A stretch of DNA of 64,000 nt from Eledone cirrhosa. Taxonomy: Eukaryota. The stretch lies in the NCBI GenBank assembly GCA_964016885.1, contig OZ024747.1, positions 24,180,001 to 24,244,000 on the forward strand. The letters run 5' to 3'. Within the stretch, counting starts at the first letter, position 1. Every line of letters begins with the position of its first letter. The notes beneath the pieces are model-generated. The model worked only from the letters and a program-made list of their open reading frames with translations. It searched no databases and was not told where the DNA came from. The position numbers were made by a program, and so were the translations under genes. Shown here piece by piece: positions 1-13,900 of this stretch.

Positions 1-460
1 GAGGGATTTAGTAATATAACTAACTTTTTCATTACTAAGTTGATGTTTGGAATATAACAGAAGTTCTTACATAAAATTATAATGGAAGATTTATAGATAA
101 GTGTAAACACCTTAAAATAAACAGCTTACTTAGGAGGGTCAGTTTTAGGTGGTTTGGTGTCAAAAGAGTGAAGGTTTAACAATAACCTACTTCTTCTTAA
201 CCCCTGCCAACTTGGCTCAAACTACCTTTGTTTATATGAAAGAAAACTACACATTTTAATTGCTTTGTATTTAAATTAGTCATCCTACATAATTTGATAT
301 AAGAACCGTTTGTTAAATTACATTACAAATACTGCCTTAATAATGACATAATAAATAATTAATAATTTTAGTAAATCCCTCCCAAATCTCCATTAAATAA
401 TTCAAATGAAGAAATATAGACATTAGAAATATATTCATATTTAGTTTCTCAAGTAAAGCA

Positions 461-842
461 CCACACAATACTACCATACACCACACTAACAAACACACAC
501 ACAACACCATCATACATCACGTTAACACACACACCACCACACCACACTACACCACACTAACACACACACCACCACATCAACACCATCATACACCACACCA
601 ACACACACACAATACTAAACACACTCACACCACACCAACACAACACCATCATACACTACCACACCACACTATCATACATCACCACACTAACACTAACAAC
701 TCTACTGTACACCACCATATGACACTACTATTTACCACCACACTAAACACTAAAACACACAATGCAACTATACACTACCACACCACACTACCATACACCA
801 CACAACACCATCATACACTACCACACCACACTAACACACACT
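461..842. repeat. CAC/CA-rich low-complexity repeat
   Basis: Degenerate caccacact units. Confidence 0.85.
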
Positions 843-1636
843 CAAAACAGGGAAATGTATATATTCACTGTAATATGAATACCCAATAGTGGGTGTGTAT
901 ATTGTTGTTGTTCTTCTTTGCCTACTTATTCCTGAGAGGGTTGTGGAGGCAGTCCTCAAACACTTCTTCCAACAGGGCCCTGTCAGAAGCAACTGGTCTC
1001 CAACTGATATATTGTTTTTTAACAAATACCTTGAATTGTTATACAGTGAGAATACAATTGAAAGAGAGAGATGTTTTATACACTGAGAAGAAAGGATACT
1101 CACTAGTGTGTATATATTACATTTGTAACAAAAAACTTGAAATTGTTTAACAAGGTTGGGAGTACTATTCAGTTGTGTCATGTCAATGACAACTTCCCTG
1201 GTGTTGGTGATCTACACAATAAACACACCCAAGACAGTCTGTAAAATGGTTGGTGATAGGAAGGGATTCCAACTTTTAGAAATCTGACAAACAAAGGGTT
1301 GGGAGAATTCTTCAGCTGTGTCGAAGCCATGAAAATTTCCTTGGTACTGCATTAACACACATTTCCCTGGTATTGCATTATTTGTGATTTTGTCACAAAT
1401 ACTGTATTTGCTAATCTATCTCTGGCGAAATTTTATTGTAAGTGATTCATATTGATACAGCAACTGGAGAATCTAATAATAATTTCATTTTACATTAACA
1501 AACATTATATATGACAAAATAAGAACATTACAAGAAATCCCATATTTACGAACATACACTATAAAATTACCTGCCCCCCCCCCCCCTCATTATTTGGGAC
1601 CTGAGAGTACATAGACTGTAGGTGAATTGAGTTATA

Positions 1637-2032
1637 TATAATTGTTTCTACTTTTGGCACAAGGCCAGCAATTACCCAGTACATTACCGGTACTTTATTT
1701 TATCGACCCCCGTAAGGATGAAAGGCAAAGTTAACCTTGGCGGGATTTGAACTCAGAATGGCAAGGGCCGTAACTCTATGCGTCAAAGCATGGCGTCCGA
1801 TCCCCTACCGATACTGCCAATCCACCGCCCTTAATTGAGTTATATATAATTGTTTCTACTTTAGGCACAAGGCCAGCAATTACCCAGTGCATTACTGGTA
1901 CTTTATTTTATCGACCCCGTAAGGATGAAAGGCAAAGTCAACCTCGGCGGGATTTGAACTCAGATCGTAAAGGAACGTAACTATGCTGGAAAGCATGGCG
2001 TCCGACCCTCTACCGATACTGCCAATCCACCG
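1637..2032 (-). mobile_element. Two tandem tRNA-derived SINEs
   Basis: The minus strand has A-box TGGCAGTATCGG, B-box GTTCAAATCC, a core gcctttcatccttacggggtcgataaaataaagtacc and an AT tail. aattgagttatatata is duplicated around the left copy. Confidence 0.88.
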
Positions 2033-2192
2033 AATGACATATATACATAGATTGAGTGGTGTAGGCTAAGGTATGTATAGGAGCAAGTACACATTATAAA
2101 GGTTTTAAATGATTGGAAGCCCAAACAATGCATATAAAGAATCAAAACGTTCTAATTCTTTTTATGCATTGTTTGGGCTTCTAATTGTTCAA

Positions 2193-2335
2193 CATTGTCA
2201 TACTATTGTCATACTATGTCATACATTGTCATACATTGTCATACTATGTCATACATTGTCATACTATTGTCATACTATGTCATACTATGTCATACTATTG
2301 TCATACTATGTCATACATTGTCATACTATTGTCAC
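2193..2335. repeat. 10-11-bp tandem repeat (cattgtcata/ctatgtcata)
   Basis: Direct reading. Confidence 0.9.
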
Positions 2336-2367
2336 AATGCTCTGAAAAACTGCTCTGAAATTTAATC

Positions 2368-2393
2368 CATATATATGTGTGTATATATATATG

Positions 2394-2424
<31 letters not shown>

Positions 2425-2495
2425 GTGTGTATATATGTGCATGTATGTATGTATGTATGTGCGTATATATGTGCATGTATGTATGTGTGTATGCA

Positions 2496-2556
<61 letters not shown>

Positions 2557-2626
2557 GTGTGTATATATGTGCATGTATGTATGTATGTATGTGCGTATAT
2601 ATGTGCATGTATGTATGTGTGTATGC

Positions 2627-2662
<36 letters not shown>

Positions 2663-2763
2663 ATATGTATATATATATATGTATATATGTATGTGTGTGT
2701 ATATATGTGCATGTATGTATATATGTATGTGCGTATATATGTGCATGTATGTATGTGTGTATG

Positions 2764-2798
<35 letters not shown>

Positions 2799-2856
2799 AT
2801 ATATATATATATATATGTATTTGTGTGTATATATGTGCATGTATGTATGTGTGTGT

Positions 2857-2888
<32 letters not shown>

Positions 2889-2895
2889 GTGTATG

Positions 2896-2926
<31 letters not shown>

Positions 2927-3359
2927 GTGTCATCATCATCATCTTCGTTTAACGTCCATTTTCCACGCTAGCATGGGTTAGACGGGAGTTGTCCTACTTG
3001 AGGCAAGGTTGGTCGGGTGACCATGTCTCGCTCATATATATATATATAAGTATGTGTGTGTATATATATGTATGTATATATACATACATATATACACACA
3101 CACACCTTTATATATATATATACATACCTATATATATACACACATACACACATACATATATACACACACAGATATATATATACATATATACACACACACA
3201 CATATATATATATATATACACACACACATATATATACACACACACACATATATATACACACACACATATATATACATATACACACACACACACACATATA
3301 TATAAACACACACACACATATACATACACACACATATATATATATATAAACACACACAC

Positions 3360-3390
<31 letters not shown>

Positions 3391-3487
3391 TAAATATATA
3401 TACACACACACACAGATGGAATGACTGTAGACTGTAGGTGTAGTGAATGGTGTATATAAGAACATGTATCATATATATATATACACA
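2368..3487. repeat. Compound (TA)/(TG)/(CA) microsatellites around a (CAT)n-tailed retroposon end
   Basis: Direct reading. The TG-type block (2368-2930) and CA-type block (~3085-3415) are roughly complementary. Confidence 0.95.
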
Positions 3488-3910
3488 CAGGCGACATCCT
3501 TGACTTTCACATCAGTAATTAAACATGTTCAATATTCAATCATGTTCAATATTCAATCGGTAACTGTCTGAAGAGATCAGAAAAGCTACCATAAGAATGT
3601 TCTAGATTTTTATTGAGAATATTTTAAGTTGAACTTCAATAGGTAGCCATGACAACTGGAACTTCTCTGCTCTGGTGTGTTTGTGTGGTGGTGTTGTGTT
3701 TGTGTGTGTGTGTGTGTGTTGTATGTGGGGGTATTCTGTGCGTGTGTATGGTGTCGCCTGAGCAACTGGTTGTGTGTATGGTGTGGTGTATGTGCGTGTA
3801 TGTTGTAAGTTTGTATTGTGTTGCCTGTATGTTGCATGTGCTCGGTATTGCTTGTGTCATGTGTGTGTCTGGAGTTGCCTGTGTGTTGTGTAGTATTATA
3901 ACTAATAATT

Positions 3911-4138
3911 TTAACCCTTTAGTATTTACATTACTCTATATTTACTATTGTATTATTGTGGTAAAGGCTTTAATCTTACATAATTATCTCACATAATATC
4001 GAATCTACGAGATTTTGATGTTTTATTTTGAGAACAATACCTTAACGTCAGTATGAGCGGCTGGTTATGACCGGCTTGAACAGAAAGAAGTAATGAAATT
4101 CCTGCTGGATATGGCCGGTTTAAATGCTAAAAGGTTAA
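3911..4138. mobile_element. TTAA-flanked piggyBac-type MITE (family A)
   Basis: Consensus TTAA-CCCTTTAGCATTTA...TAAATGCTAAAGGG-TTAA, about 225 bp, with at least six further copies in the window. Confidence 0.8.
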
Positions 4139-4798
4139 AGAAAATGAAAATGAGTTCCTTACCCTGCCCCCTCCCCTCTCTCTCTCACCTCTCTCCTCCT
4201 CTCCTCCCATAGTTGAAGATCAGAGAATAGTTAAATATTTAAGATGAGTTATTGATTATATATAGGCTGCTAATTGGCAAAATTGTTAGAATGTTGGACA
4301 GAATGCTTTGCAGTATTCTTTTTGGCTCTCTACTCTCTGAGTTCAAATACTGATTGGCATTTAAATGTTTTTGGTCGACTTTCCCGTCCCGACAAAAAAT
4401 TTGCTGGCCTTGTGCCTATAGAACTTAGTATTATTATTGTGGTGGATTAACAGGTAAGGTGTGCATAGAAAAGGAGAAAGCCCCCTTTGGTCATAACTGG
4501 CTATGGGTTTTGGTCCCATGACTGATGGACCTTAGGTTTGCTTTTCTGGGGCATAAGCCTGGGCAGAGTGTTTAGTGGAAAACCTGCAGCCATTGATGCG
4601 TAATATACTCCCATTTCCATGACACCGATGTTGTCTAATGGAAAGGCAAAGGACTGATACAGCTTGGCCACAGTATCGTATCTACACTACATACATTCTA
4701 TTTATACACTATATATATATATATAGGTAAGTTATTCCGGGTTGAATCGGAGGTAACCACAGTAAGTAAGGTACTCAATACATAGCAGAGTATAAAAG

Positions 4799-4926
4799 TT
4801 TTAATATAGATGAGATTCTACAGGACTAGAACTGTTTCATTCTTGAGAAATCATCAGGAATCTGCAGATTCCTGATGATTTCTCAAGAATGAAACGGTTC
4901 TAGTCCTGTAGAATCTCATCTATATT

Positions 4927-4930
<4 letters not shown>
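4799..4930. repeat. 132-bp spacerless palindrome with a hammerhead-like core on each strand
   Basis: Centre is ctg|cag at 4864/4865 with one mismatch between arms. CTGATGA at 4872-4878 and GAAAC.GTTC at 4891-4900. It lies in a (TA)n-flanked insert at ~4726-4932. Confidence 0.85.
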
Positions 4931-4962
<32 letters not shown>

Positions 4963-5270
4963 TGTAGACACTATAAGTGATGTTGTTGAAGGAAACGGCA
5001 AAGGCCAATACAGCTTGGCACCAGTATCATGCTCAAGGATATGATGTGCTGCCCAGTCTGACTAACTACTAAGTGTGGTGTATGGTAGTATTGTGCGTGT
5101 GTTGGTCTGGTGCTTTACTTGAGAAACTAAATATGAATATTTCTAATGTCTATATTTCTTCATTTGAATTATTATTTAATGGAGATTTGGGAGGGATTTA
5201 CTAAAATTATTAATTATTTATTATGTCATTATTAAGCCACATGCGTTCAACATGGACTCTGTGTATAAAA

Positions 5271-5408
5271 TACCATATATACTCATATATAAGCTGAGAA
5301 ATATGTGACAAAAAAAAAAAATCAATGCTAAAATGGGGGAAGGGGTAGATTTTTGCTCATTTCTCAGACATAAAATAAGGGTCGGCTTATATTCGAGTAT
5401 ATATGGTA
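5271..5408. mobile_element. Tc1/mariner (pogo/Tigger-like) MITE
   Basis: TA-CCATATATACTCATATATAAGC...GCTTATATTCGAGTATATATGG-TA. A related end lies at ~48275-48323. Confidence 0.7.
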
Positions 5409-8400
5409 TGCCATTTAAAAATAAACATAGACCACACAATCATATGTAGTTAGTTAACATTTCTTACTAGTTATATGTTTAGTAGCAGGCCTGGCCTTGA
5501 TTTAGTAATACCTAAAATAAATAAGCCATATGGATTAATAACTAAAATAAATACATCCACATGAATTTGCTGCATGTTTGGATATGTAATGAAGTAAACA
5601 GGAAATGAGAGTTGGAGGAAAATAAAGATATCCATTTCACAGATACTGATGCCTACCTCAGGAATGCCAGATCAATTTCATAAAAAATGAAACGTTTTAC
5701 GGCCATTTTTCCCCTGCCTTACATGCTTCATACTCACCATGGGCTCCTTTTTGAAGCAATGTTTTACAACTGGGTGCCCTGCCTATCATCAACCCTTTTA
5801 ACAACACCCAGGGATACAGTGTATCTATTCTAAAGTAGACACACACAACATCAATTTCAATTTCATAAAACGTGGTACACAACTTTCAACAATTAATGGA
5901 TTGTGTTAAAAAGTAGCCTGAAATGGAAATGCTGTAAGTAAATTAGGTGGTAGACTTAATCCGTTCATATCCCAGTTTAACACTGCCACATGGACCTTGG
6001 GTGCCTTTAGCAGAGTTCAAGCATTCCCTTCCATGAAAAGGGTCATGGCCACTGCTCCCTGTTGACTAAACAATAATTTTTTTAAATATTAATAAAGACA
6101 CATTTGTGCTATCATCCCAAACCTAATATACAGAGAGAAATCAAAAATAAAATTCCAAATATATATATGTATATTTGGATTTTTTTGGGGGAGATTTCTA
6201 TGTTTTAAACTTTGGTGATTGTGATTCTGAAAAAAAAAAAAAATGTATAATTCTAATTTTAGTCAAGCTTTTTGGGAGTTCTCCCTTATTTAGGATATGT
6301 TATTGTTATGCTCCACAACTTTTTAAATAGTCAGTGACTGATTTGTTATTTTATGTCTCTCCTTTGTTTTGCCCTACATTTTGTTTTTATGTGCTGTGAA
6401 GAAGGACAGGCCAATTGACCATGACAAGCTCTTCTCACTGTGGAACCACAGTTTGGGAGCCTGGAACTGGATGGCACTGCTATGAGCAGGGACAGGCCAG
6501 TTGGCTGCGCCTTACCCTTCATTCTCTTTCTTCCTCAATCCAATTGGGCCAAATCAGATCAGACTGGATAGCACCAGATATTTATCTATCCAATCCAGAC
6601 CATTTTGTTCCAGTCCAAGCTTATCCGATTTGGCCCAATCTGGTCTGAAGCAATCATATCTAATCCAGTCTGATCCGGAACAATCTGATCAAGCCTGAAA
6701 CCTCCAAGAAACCTCCTTTGAGTTGTTTGTAACCTCTTCGGAGGCCAGTCAAACTTGCATATGTATGAGCTGTAATAACATGATAGGTTTGGGAGCCCTA
6801 TCATTAAAACACAAAAGAAACTTCCATTGAGATGCAACCTTGTAGAAGACCAGCTAAACTTGCATATTTATGAGCTGTAAATTTCATTTTTTTTCATTTA
6901 AAGTAATTGACAGTTCAGCTTTTACTGTATGATAAGGATTATTTACAGAAATTACAGTGTTTCTTAGTTTAATTATTGTTTTTCGACTTAACTATAAACC
7001 TATCCCAACAGTTTATCTTTTATCTTAACTATTACTCTCTCATTGAGATTCAATCATAATAGTTGTAATTCCCCGCTACCTTTTCTTTTCCAAACATTTT
7101 CAGTCAAACCCTGTGATTAATTCTATTCCCAAACCTACTATTATCTCTCTCTCTCTTTCTCCAGTTGGATTATATTTATGTAATGTTCTGTATTATTTAT
7201 TCTACTTTATTGTTAGATTTCCTTCCTACAACAAGCAACTTTGTACACAGATACAAATATTACATAAGGCAGACAATATTTCACAACTGACACTCTTTTG
7301 GCAAAATTATTTGAAACTCATAAACAGTTTTTCAAGAGAAATATAATAAATAATAATTATTGAACTGGAGCAATGTGAAATTAAGTGTCTTGCTCTAGGA
7401 CACAATGTGTAGCACAATCTCAAACACACAACCTCACAATGGTAAAACCAATGCCTTAACCACTATGCTGTGTGCTTTCACTTCGGATATTAAAAATTAT
7501 TTTTCAAATTATTATGTTTGCCAAGTTGTTTTTGCAAACCAAAATCTATTGTCTTTAAATGACAGAAAAATGTTTTATCACTGATTGTAATTATGTTTAA
7601 TTAGCCAGTGGAAGCGCCAAGTTTATATCACCAGTCTGGGATGCCAGCAATGGTGTGTCTTGGTACAGTTTGTCAGGTCATGGAATGATTGGCACATGGC
7701 TTATTGGTTAAGGTACTGACCTCATCATCATAATGTTGTGGGTTCAATTCCTGGACTTGGCAGCATGTTGTGTTCTTCAGAAGGGGCTTTATTTCACATT
7801 TCTCAAGTTCATTCAGCTAAAAACAAGTTAGTACCAACAGCAGCTGTTGGAGAGTTCACCCCTGCAATGGATTGACATTCAGTCCAGGAGAAAAACTTTT
7901 CGTTATAAAACTGGGGCCACTATCATTAAAACACTTGAGGAGCAATCTATGAGATGCAAACTTGTAAAAACCCAGCTAAACCTACATGTAGGTGTGAACT
8001 GTAACAACTACAACATTATATGACTGGGGCCCTATTAAAACACCTGATGAAAATCCTATGAGATGCATTGAAGTCTCCCATTAGGATATATGACTCAGTC
8101 TTAACTATAACTAACGCTGCAGTGACTTCATCAAGAAAGGACCTGTATTCGGACTCCTTATTTGGTGCATAATCTTACACCACCCATAGAGACCTCCTCT
8201 TCAGCCCAACTTCAAGTGGCAAATGCTCCCTCCTAATGGTATCCAGTCCATAACATATCACAAAAGACTGAACCTCCCGGAAGCGATAATTAATGAACAC
8301 AGCAAGAAGATAGAGGGTGTGCTGGAAAAAACCTGTCCAACCCATGCAAGCATTGTAAAACAGATGTAAAAGGAGGATCATGATATATATATGTATATAT

Positions 8401-9006
8401 ATGGTGATTGTCTCAAAATCAGCTGTAAATATATAACATCTGAGAAGATCATTTAATCAGCTGATTGCTTTAATCAATTGTGATATATCTCTTTTATATA
8501 ATCTCTCTCTCTTCCTCCCTCTATATCACCCCCCGTCACCCTCCCCCCCTCTCTCCATATATATATATGTTAGTAACTACAGTTACAGGTGGCATGCCGT
8601 TCGAACCACTCAATGTTGTTACGAGGTCTATCTTGCGTTGGGTTGTTTTCCAGAGTTAAAGCAGTTGTAGTGTTCAGAGTGTAAATAGAATAAGTAGAAT
8701 TGAAGTCAGTGTAGTGAAATTTGCTAAAAGAATATCCGAAGTTGACATGTGTAGCTGGGTTGGAAGTGGTATCACAACTGGCAAGTGTAGAATCAGTCAG
8801 TTGGAATTGGCAGATGACATGGTACTACATACACCTACAATCAACCCCAAACACCAAAACCATATTGCTCAAAGATGAGCTAAAATATGCAAGTCCTTCT
8901 AACAATGTCCCCACCTCCTGGTAAACCAACTACCATCCCACACCAATTACTGGTGTGGGGGTGACAGACATCATCAGGCTGCAGTTGTCATATTGCATAG
9001 TTTCTA

Positions 9007-9188
9007 TATAATTGTTTCTAGTTTTGGCAGAAGGCAAGAAATTATCCCAGTGCATAACTGGTACTTTATTTTATCGACCCCGTAAGGATGAAAGGCAAAG
9101 TTAACCTCAGCGGGATTTGAACTCACAACATAAAGGGCCATAACTCTATGCTGAAAAGCATGGTGTCTGATGCTCTACCGATACTGCT
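9007..9188 (-). mobile_element. tRNA-derived SINE, same family
   Basis: Full-length match to the copies at 1637-2032. Confidence 0.85.
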
Positions 9189-9207
9189 TCTATATAATAA
9201 TCTATAT

Positions 9208-9572
9208 CAGGGGTGTGCATCATATTCCATTGGCGGGCCACTTTTGAACATTGGAACACCTATTAGGGCCATTAATATTTATTAAGCTCTATTCCAAAGA
9301 TTCACCACAACTTCTTTCCATAACATGGAACTGGGAAATTATAACACACATAACCCTATCAGTGAAGCCCTTTAGTATAGGTCAACTGGGAAATTATAAC
9401 ACACATAACCCTATCAATGAAGCCCTTTAGGTCAACTAACAGAAAATTGTATTACGGTTACGAAAAAAATTCTAAATAAGCTTACAAGGTAAAAATTAAA
9501 AACGGTCATCGGGGCTCTGACTGGTCTGGCAGGCTGGCTTGTGGCTTGCGGGCCGCCTGTTGCACGCTCCTG
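9208..9572. mobile_element. hAT-type MITE with 8-bp TSD
   Basis: TIRs CAGGGGTGTGCA.../...TGCACGCTCCTG, with TSD ATCTATAT at 9200-9207 and 9573-9580. Internal 58-bp tandem duplication. Confidence 0.82.
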
Positions 9573-10163
9573 ATCTATATAGGATCAAACAGAGATAACA
9601 TAGGGTTGAGAGGACCCTTTAGTCATGCTGGGGACATAGAAACTTCTGTAGGGCTGGTGTCATAGTAAAATACATCCAGTGCATTTTGTGAAGTAATTAG
9701 CATTTACTTCAGCTTCTATTCTATAGAAATAATGACAAAAATATAACATAGAAGTGAGTTATGTTTCTTTACCGCTCTCCAGTCCAGTCTCTTTTATGAC
9801 AACCCATCCGGCCTGTTCTAAAATGGAAAGCAAATCTAAAATGAAGATGATGATGATGTGTGTATATATATGTATATATACGTGTGTGTGTGTATATATA
9901 TATATATATATCAAGTAAAATAATGGAGTAAAGGACTCGCGTATAATCCTGTAATTCAATGAGCTCAAAGGAAAGAGTTTTTCTGGGCACTTTAAAATAC
10001 AATATAGAGAGGAAAAACACAGGAGAGTGTGTTTTTCCTCTCTATATTGTATATATATAGGAAAACACTCAGAACTCTTTTCCTATTACCCACTCTACTA
10101 CACTAAGTATCAAGTACTCTGGTGCGTTATGGTCCACCTGGTTTCTTACCACACTTTCTTTGT

Positions 10164-10195
<32 letters not shown>

Positions 10196-10401
10196 CGCAT
10201 GTGTTTTATTCATAAAATAGTAACTAAGATATCACCTAAAAGTTCGTCCATCTGTATGTCCGTGCATGTATGCACGTGTGTAGATTTTCTGTATTGGTTT
10301 ACATTGATCAGATAATCTTAATCAATGTAATCATCTGTTAATCCAATATTTTGGTTGATCGGTTTTGCCTGTTGACATATCAGGTGGAATGGATCAGATT
10401 G

Positions 10402-10840
10402 GCCACTACACCATCATAGCCACCACTAACACAGTCACTACCGCCATAGCCCCTACCCCGACCATCACCACTACAGCCACTACCCCCACCATCACCACTA
10501 CAGCCGCTACCCCCACCATCACCACTACAGCCACTATCACAAACATAGCCAGTACACCACCATAGTCACTACTAACACAGTCACTACGGCCATAGCCACT
10601 ACCCCCACCATCACCACTACAGCCACTACCCCACTACCACCACCACAGCCACCACAGCCACTACCACCACCACTACAGCCACTATCACAACCATAGCCAC
10701 CACCACCACCACCACCACCACCACAGCCACTACCACCACCACTACAGCCACTATCACAACCATAGCCACCACCACCACCATCACAACCACAGCCAGTACA
10801 CCACCATAGCCACTATAGCTGCCACCACTACCAATAACAA
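10402..10840. repeat. Triplet-based ACC/ACT/GCC low-complexity repeat
   Basis: accactacagccact units. Confidence 0.85.
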
Positions 10841-10904
10841 CACAGTCCCATTGATGACCATATTGACCTGACCTCATTAAATACTATATTTGTCAGTTCT
10901 AGTT

Positions 10905-13900
10905 GTCTGTTGGTGTCACCATCTGTGTTGGTGACACCGTCTGTGTTACAGTATAAATAACTGTCCAATGGTGTCACCATCTGTGTTACAGTATAAATAA
11001 CTGTCCAATGGTGTCACCATCTGTGTTACAGTATAAATATCTGTCCAATGGTGTCACCATCAGTGTTACAGTATAAATAACTGTCCAATGGTGTCACCAT
11101 CTGTGTTACAGTATAAATAACTGTCCAATGGTGTCACCGTCTGTGTTACAGTATAAATAACTGTCCAATGGTGTCACCGTCTGTGTTACAGTATAAATAA
11201 CTGTCCAATGGTGTCACCATCTGTGTTACAGTATAAATAACTGTCCAATAGTGTCACCATCTGTGTTACAGTATAAATAACTGTCCAATGGTGTCACCAT
11301 CTGTGTTACAGTATAAATAACTGTCCAATGGTGTCACCATCTGTGTTACATGATAAATAACTGTCCAATGGTGTCACCGTCTGTGTTACAGTATAAATAA
11401 CTGTGTTGGTGACACCATCTGTGTTACAGTATAAATAACTGTGTTGGTGTCACCATCTGTGTTACAGTATAAATAACTGTTGGTGTCACCATCTGTGTTA
11501 CAGTATAAATAACTGTGTTGATGTCACCGTCTGTGTTACAGTATAAATAACTGTGTTGGTGTCACCATCTGTGTTACAGTATAAATAACTGTGTTGGTGA
11601 CACCATCTGTGTTACAGTATAAATAACTGTGTTGGTGACACCGTCTGTGTTACAGTATAAATAACTGTGTTGGTGTCACCATCTGTGTTACAGTATAAAT
11701 AACTGTGTTGGTGACACCATCTGTGTTACAGTATAAATAACTGTGTTGATGTCACCATCTGTGTTACAGTATAAATAACTGTGTTGGTGACACCATCTGT
11801 GTTACAGTATAAATAACTGTGTTGGTGTCACCATCTGTGTTACAGTATATATAACTGTGTTGGTGTCACCATCTGTGTTACAGTATAAATAACTGTGTTG
11901 GTGACACCATCTGTGTTACAGTATAAATAACTGTGTTGGTGACACCATCTGTGTTACAGTATAAATAACTGTGTTGATGTCACCATCTGTGTTACAGTAT
12001 AAATAACTGTGTTGATGTCACCATCTGTGTTACAGTATAAATAACTGTGTTGGTGTCACCATCTGTGTTACAGTATAAATAACTGTGTTGGTGACACCAT
12101 CTGTGTTACAGTATAAATAACTGTGTTGGTGACACCATCTGTGTTACAGTATAAATAACTGTGTTGGTGTCACCATCTGTGTTACAGTATAAATAACTGT
12201 CCAATGGTGACACCATCTGTGTTACAGTATACATAACTGTGTTGGTGTCACCGTCTGTGTTACAGTATAAATAACTGTTGGTGACACCATCTGTGTTACA
12301 GTATAAATAACTGTGTTGGTGTCACCATCTATGTTACAGTATAAATAACTGTGTTGGTGTCACCATCTGTGTTACAGTATATATAACTGTGTTGGTGTCA
12401 CCATCTGTGTTACAGTATAAATAACTGTGTTGGTGACACCATCTGTGTTACAGTATAAATAACTCTATTGGTGTCACCGTCTGTGTTACAGTATAAATAA
12501 CTGTGTTGGTGTCACCATCTGTGCTACATGATAAATAACTGTCCAATGGTGTCACCATCTGTGTTACAGTATAAATAACTGTCCAATGGTGTCACCGTCT
12601 GTGTTACAGTATAAATAACTGTCCAATGGTGTCACCGTCTGTGTTACAGTATAAATAACTCTATTGGTGTTACAGTATAAATAACTGTGTTGGTGACACC
12701 ATCTGTGTTACAGTATAAATAACTGTATTGGTGACACCGTCTGTGTTACAGTATAAATAACTGTGTTGGTGTCACCATCTGTGTTACAGTATAAATAACT
12801 GTGTTGGTGACACCATCTGTGTTACAGTATAAATAACTGTTGGTGACACCGTCTGTGTTACAGTATAAATAACTGTGTTGGTGACACCATCTGTGTTACA
12901 GTATAAATAACTCTGTTGGTGACACCATCTGTGTTACAGTATAAATAACTGTGTTAGTGACACCATCTGTGTTACAGTATAAATAACTGTGTTGGTGACA
13001 CCATCTGTGTTACAGTATAAATAACTGTGTTGGTGGCACCATCTGTGTTACAGTATAAATAACTGTGTTGGTGACACCATCTGTGTTACAGTATAAATAA
13101 CTGTCCAATGGTGACACCATCTGTGTTACAGTATAAATAACTGTTGGTGACACCATCTGTGTTACAGTATAAATAACTGTGTTGGTGTCACCGTCTGTGT
13201 TACAGTATAAATAACTGTCCAATAGTGTCACCATCTATATTACATGATAAATAACTGTCCAATGGTGTCACCATCTGTGTTACAGTATAAATAACTGTGT
13301 GTTGGTGTCACCATCTGTGCTACATGATAAATAACTGTCCAATGGTGTTACCATCTGTGTTACAGTATAAATAACTGTGTTGGTGACACCATCTGTGTTA
13401 CAGTATACATAACTGTCCAATGGTGTCACCATCTGTGCTACATGATAAATAACTGTCCAATGGTGTCACCATCTGTGTTACAGTATAAATAACTGTCCAA
13501 TGGTGTCACCATCTGTGTTACAGTATAAACAACTGTCCAATGGTGTCACCATCTGTGTTACAGTATAAATAACTGTCCAATGGTGTCACCATCAGTGTTA
13601 CAGTATAAATAACTGTCCAATGGTGTCACCATCTGTGTTACAGTATAAATAACTGTCCAATGGTGTCACCGTCTGTGTTACAGTATAAATAACTGTCCAA
13701 TGGTGTCACCATCTGTGTTACAGTATAAATAACTGTGTTGGTGACACCATCTGTGTTACAGTATAAATAACTGTCCAATGGTGTCACCATCTGTGTTACA
13801 GTATAAATAACTGTCCAATGGTGTCACCATCTGTGTTACAGTATAAATAACTGTCCAATGGTGTCACCATCTCTGCTACATGATGAATAACTGTCCAATG

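Noticed and set aside
1740-1830. tRNA gene
   Set aside because: The A and B boxes belong to SINE heads, with no intact cloverleaf.
2301-3497. Long His/Tyr/Ile/Cys/Val-rich ORFs in all six frames (also 23634-24213, 43596-44130 and 46530-47058)
   Set aside because: Translations of (TA)/(CA)/(TG) microsatellites, which lack stop codons.
8044-8075. CTGATGA motif
   Set aside because: No stem II or GAAA box. It is part of a dispersed SINE-like repeat.
8721-8924. ORF starting (L)LKEYPK as possible PITPNC1 exon 1 (expected MLLKEYRICMPLTVEE)
   Set aside because: TTG start, similarity stops after LKEY, and there is no donor at the expected position. Exon 1 is probably upstream of the window.
10365-10877. 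Thr-rich mucin-like ORF and Val-rich antisense ORF
   Set aside because: Low-complexity triplet repeat with an internal stop and no splice support.
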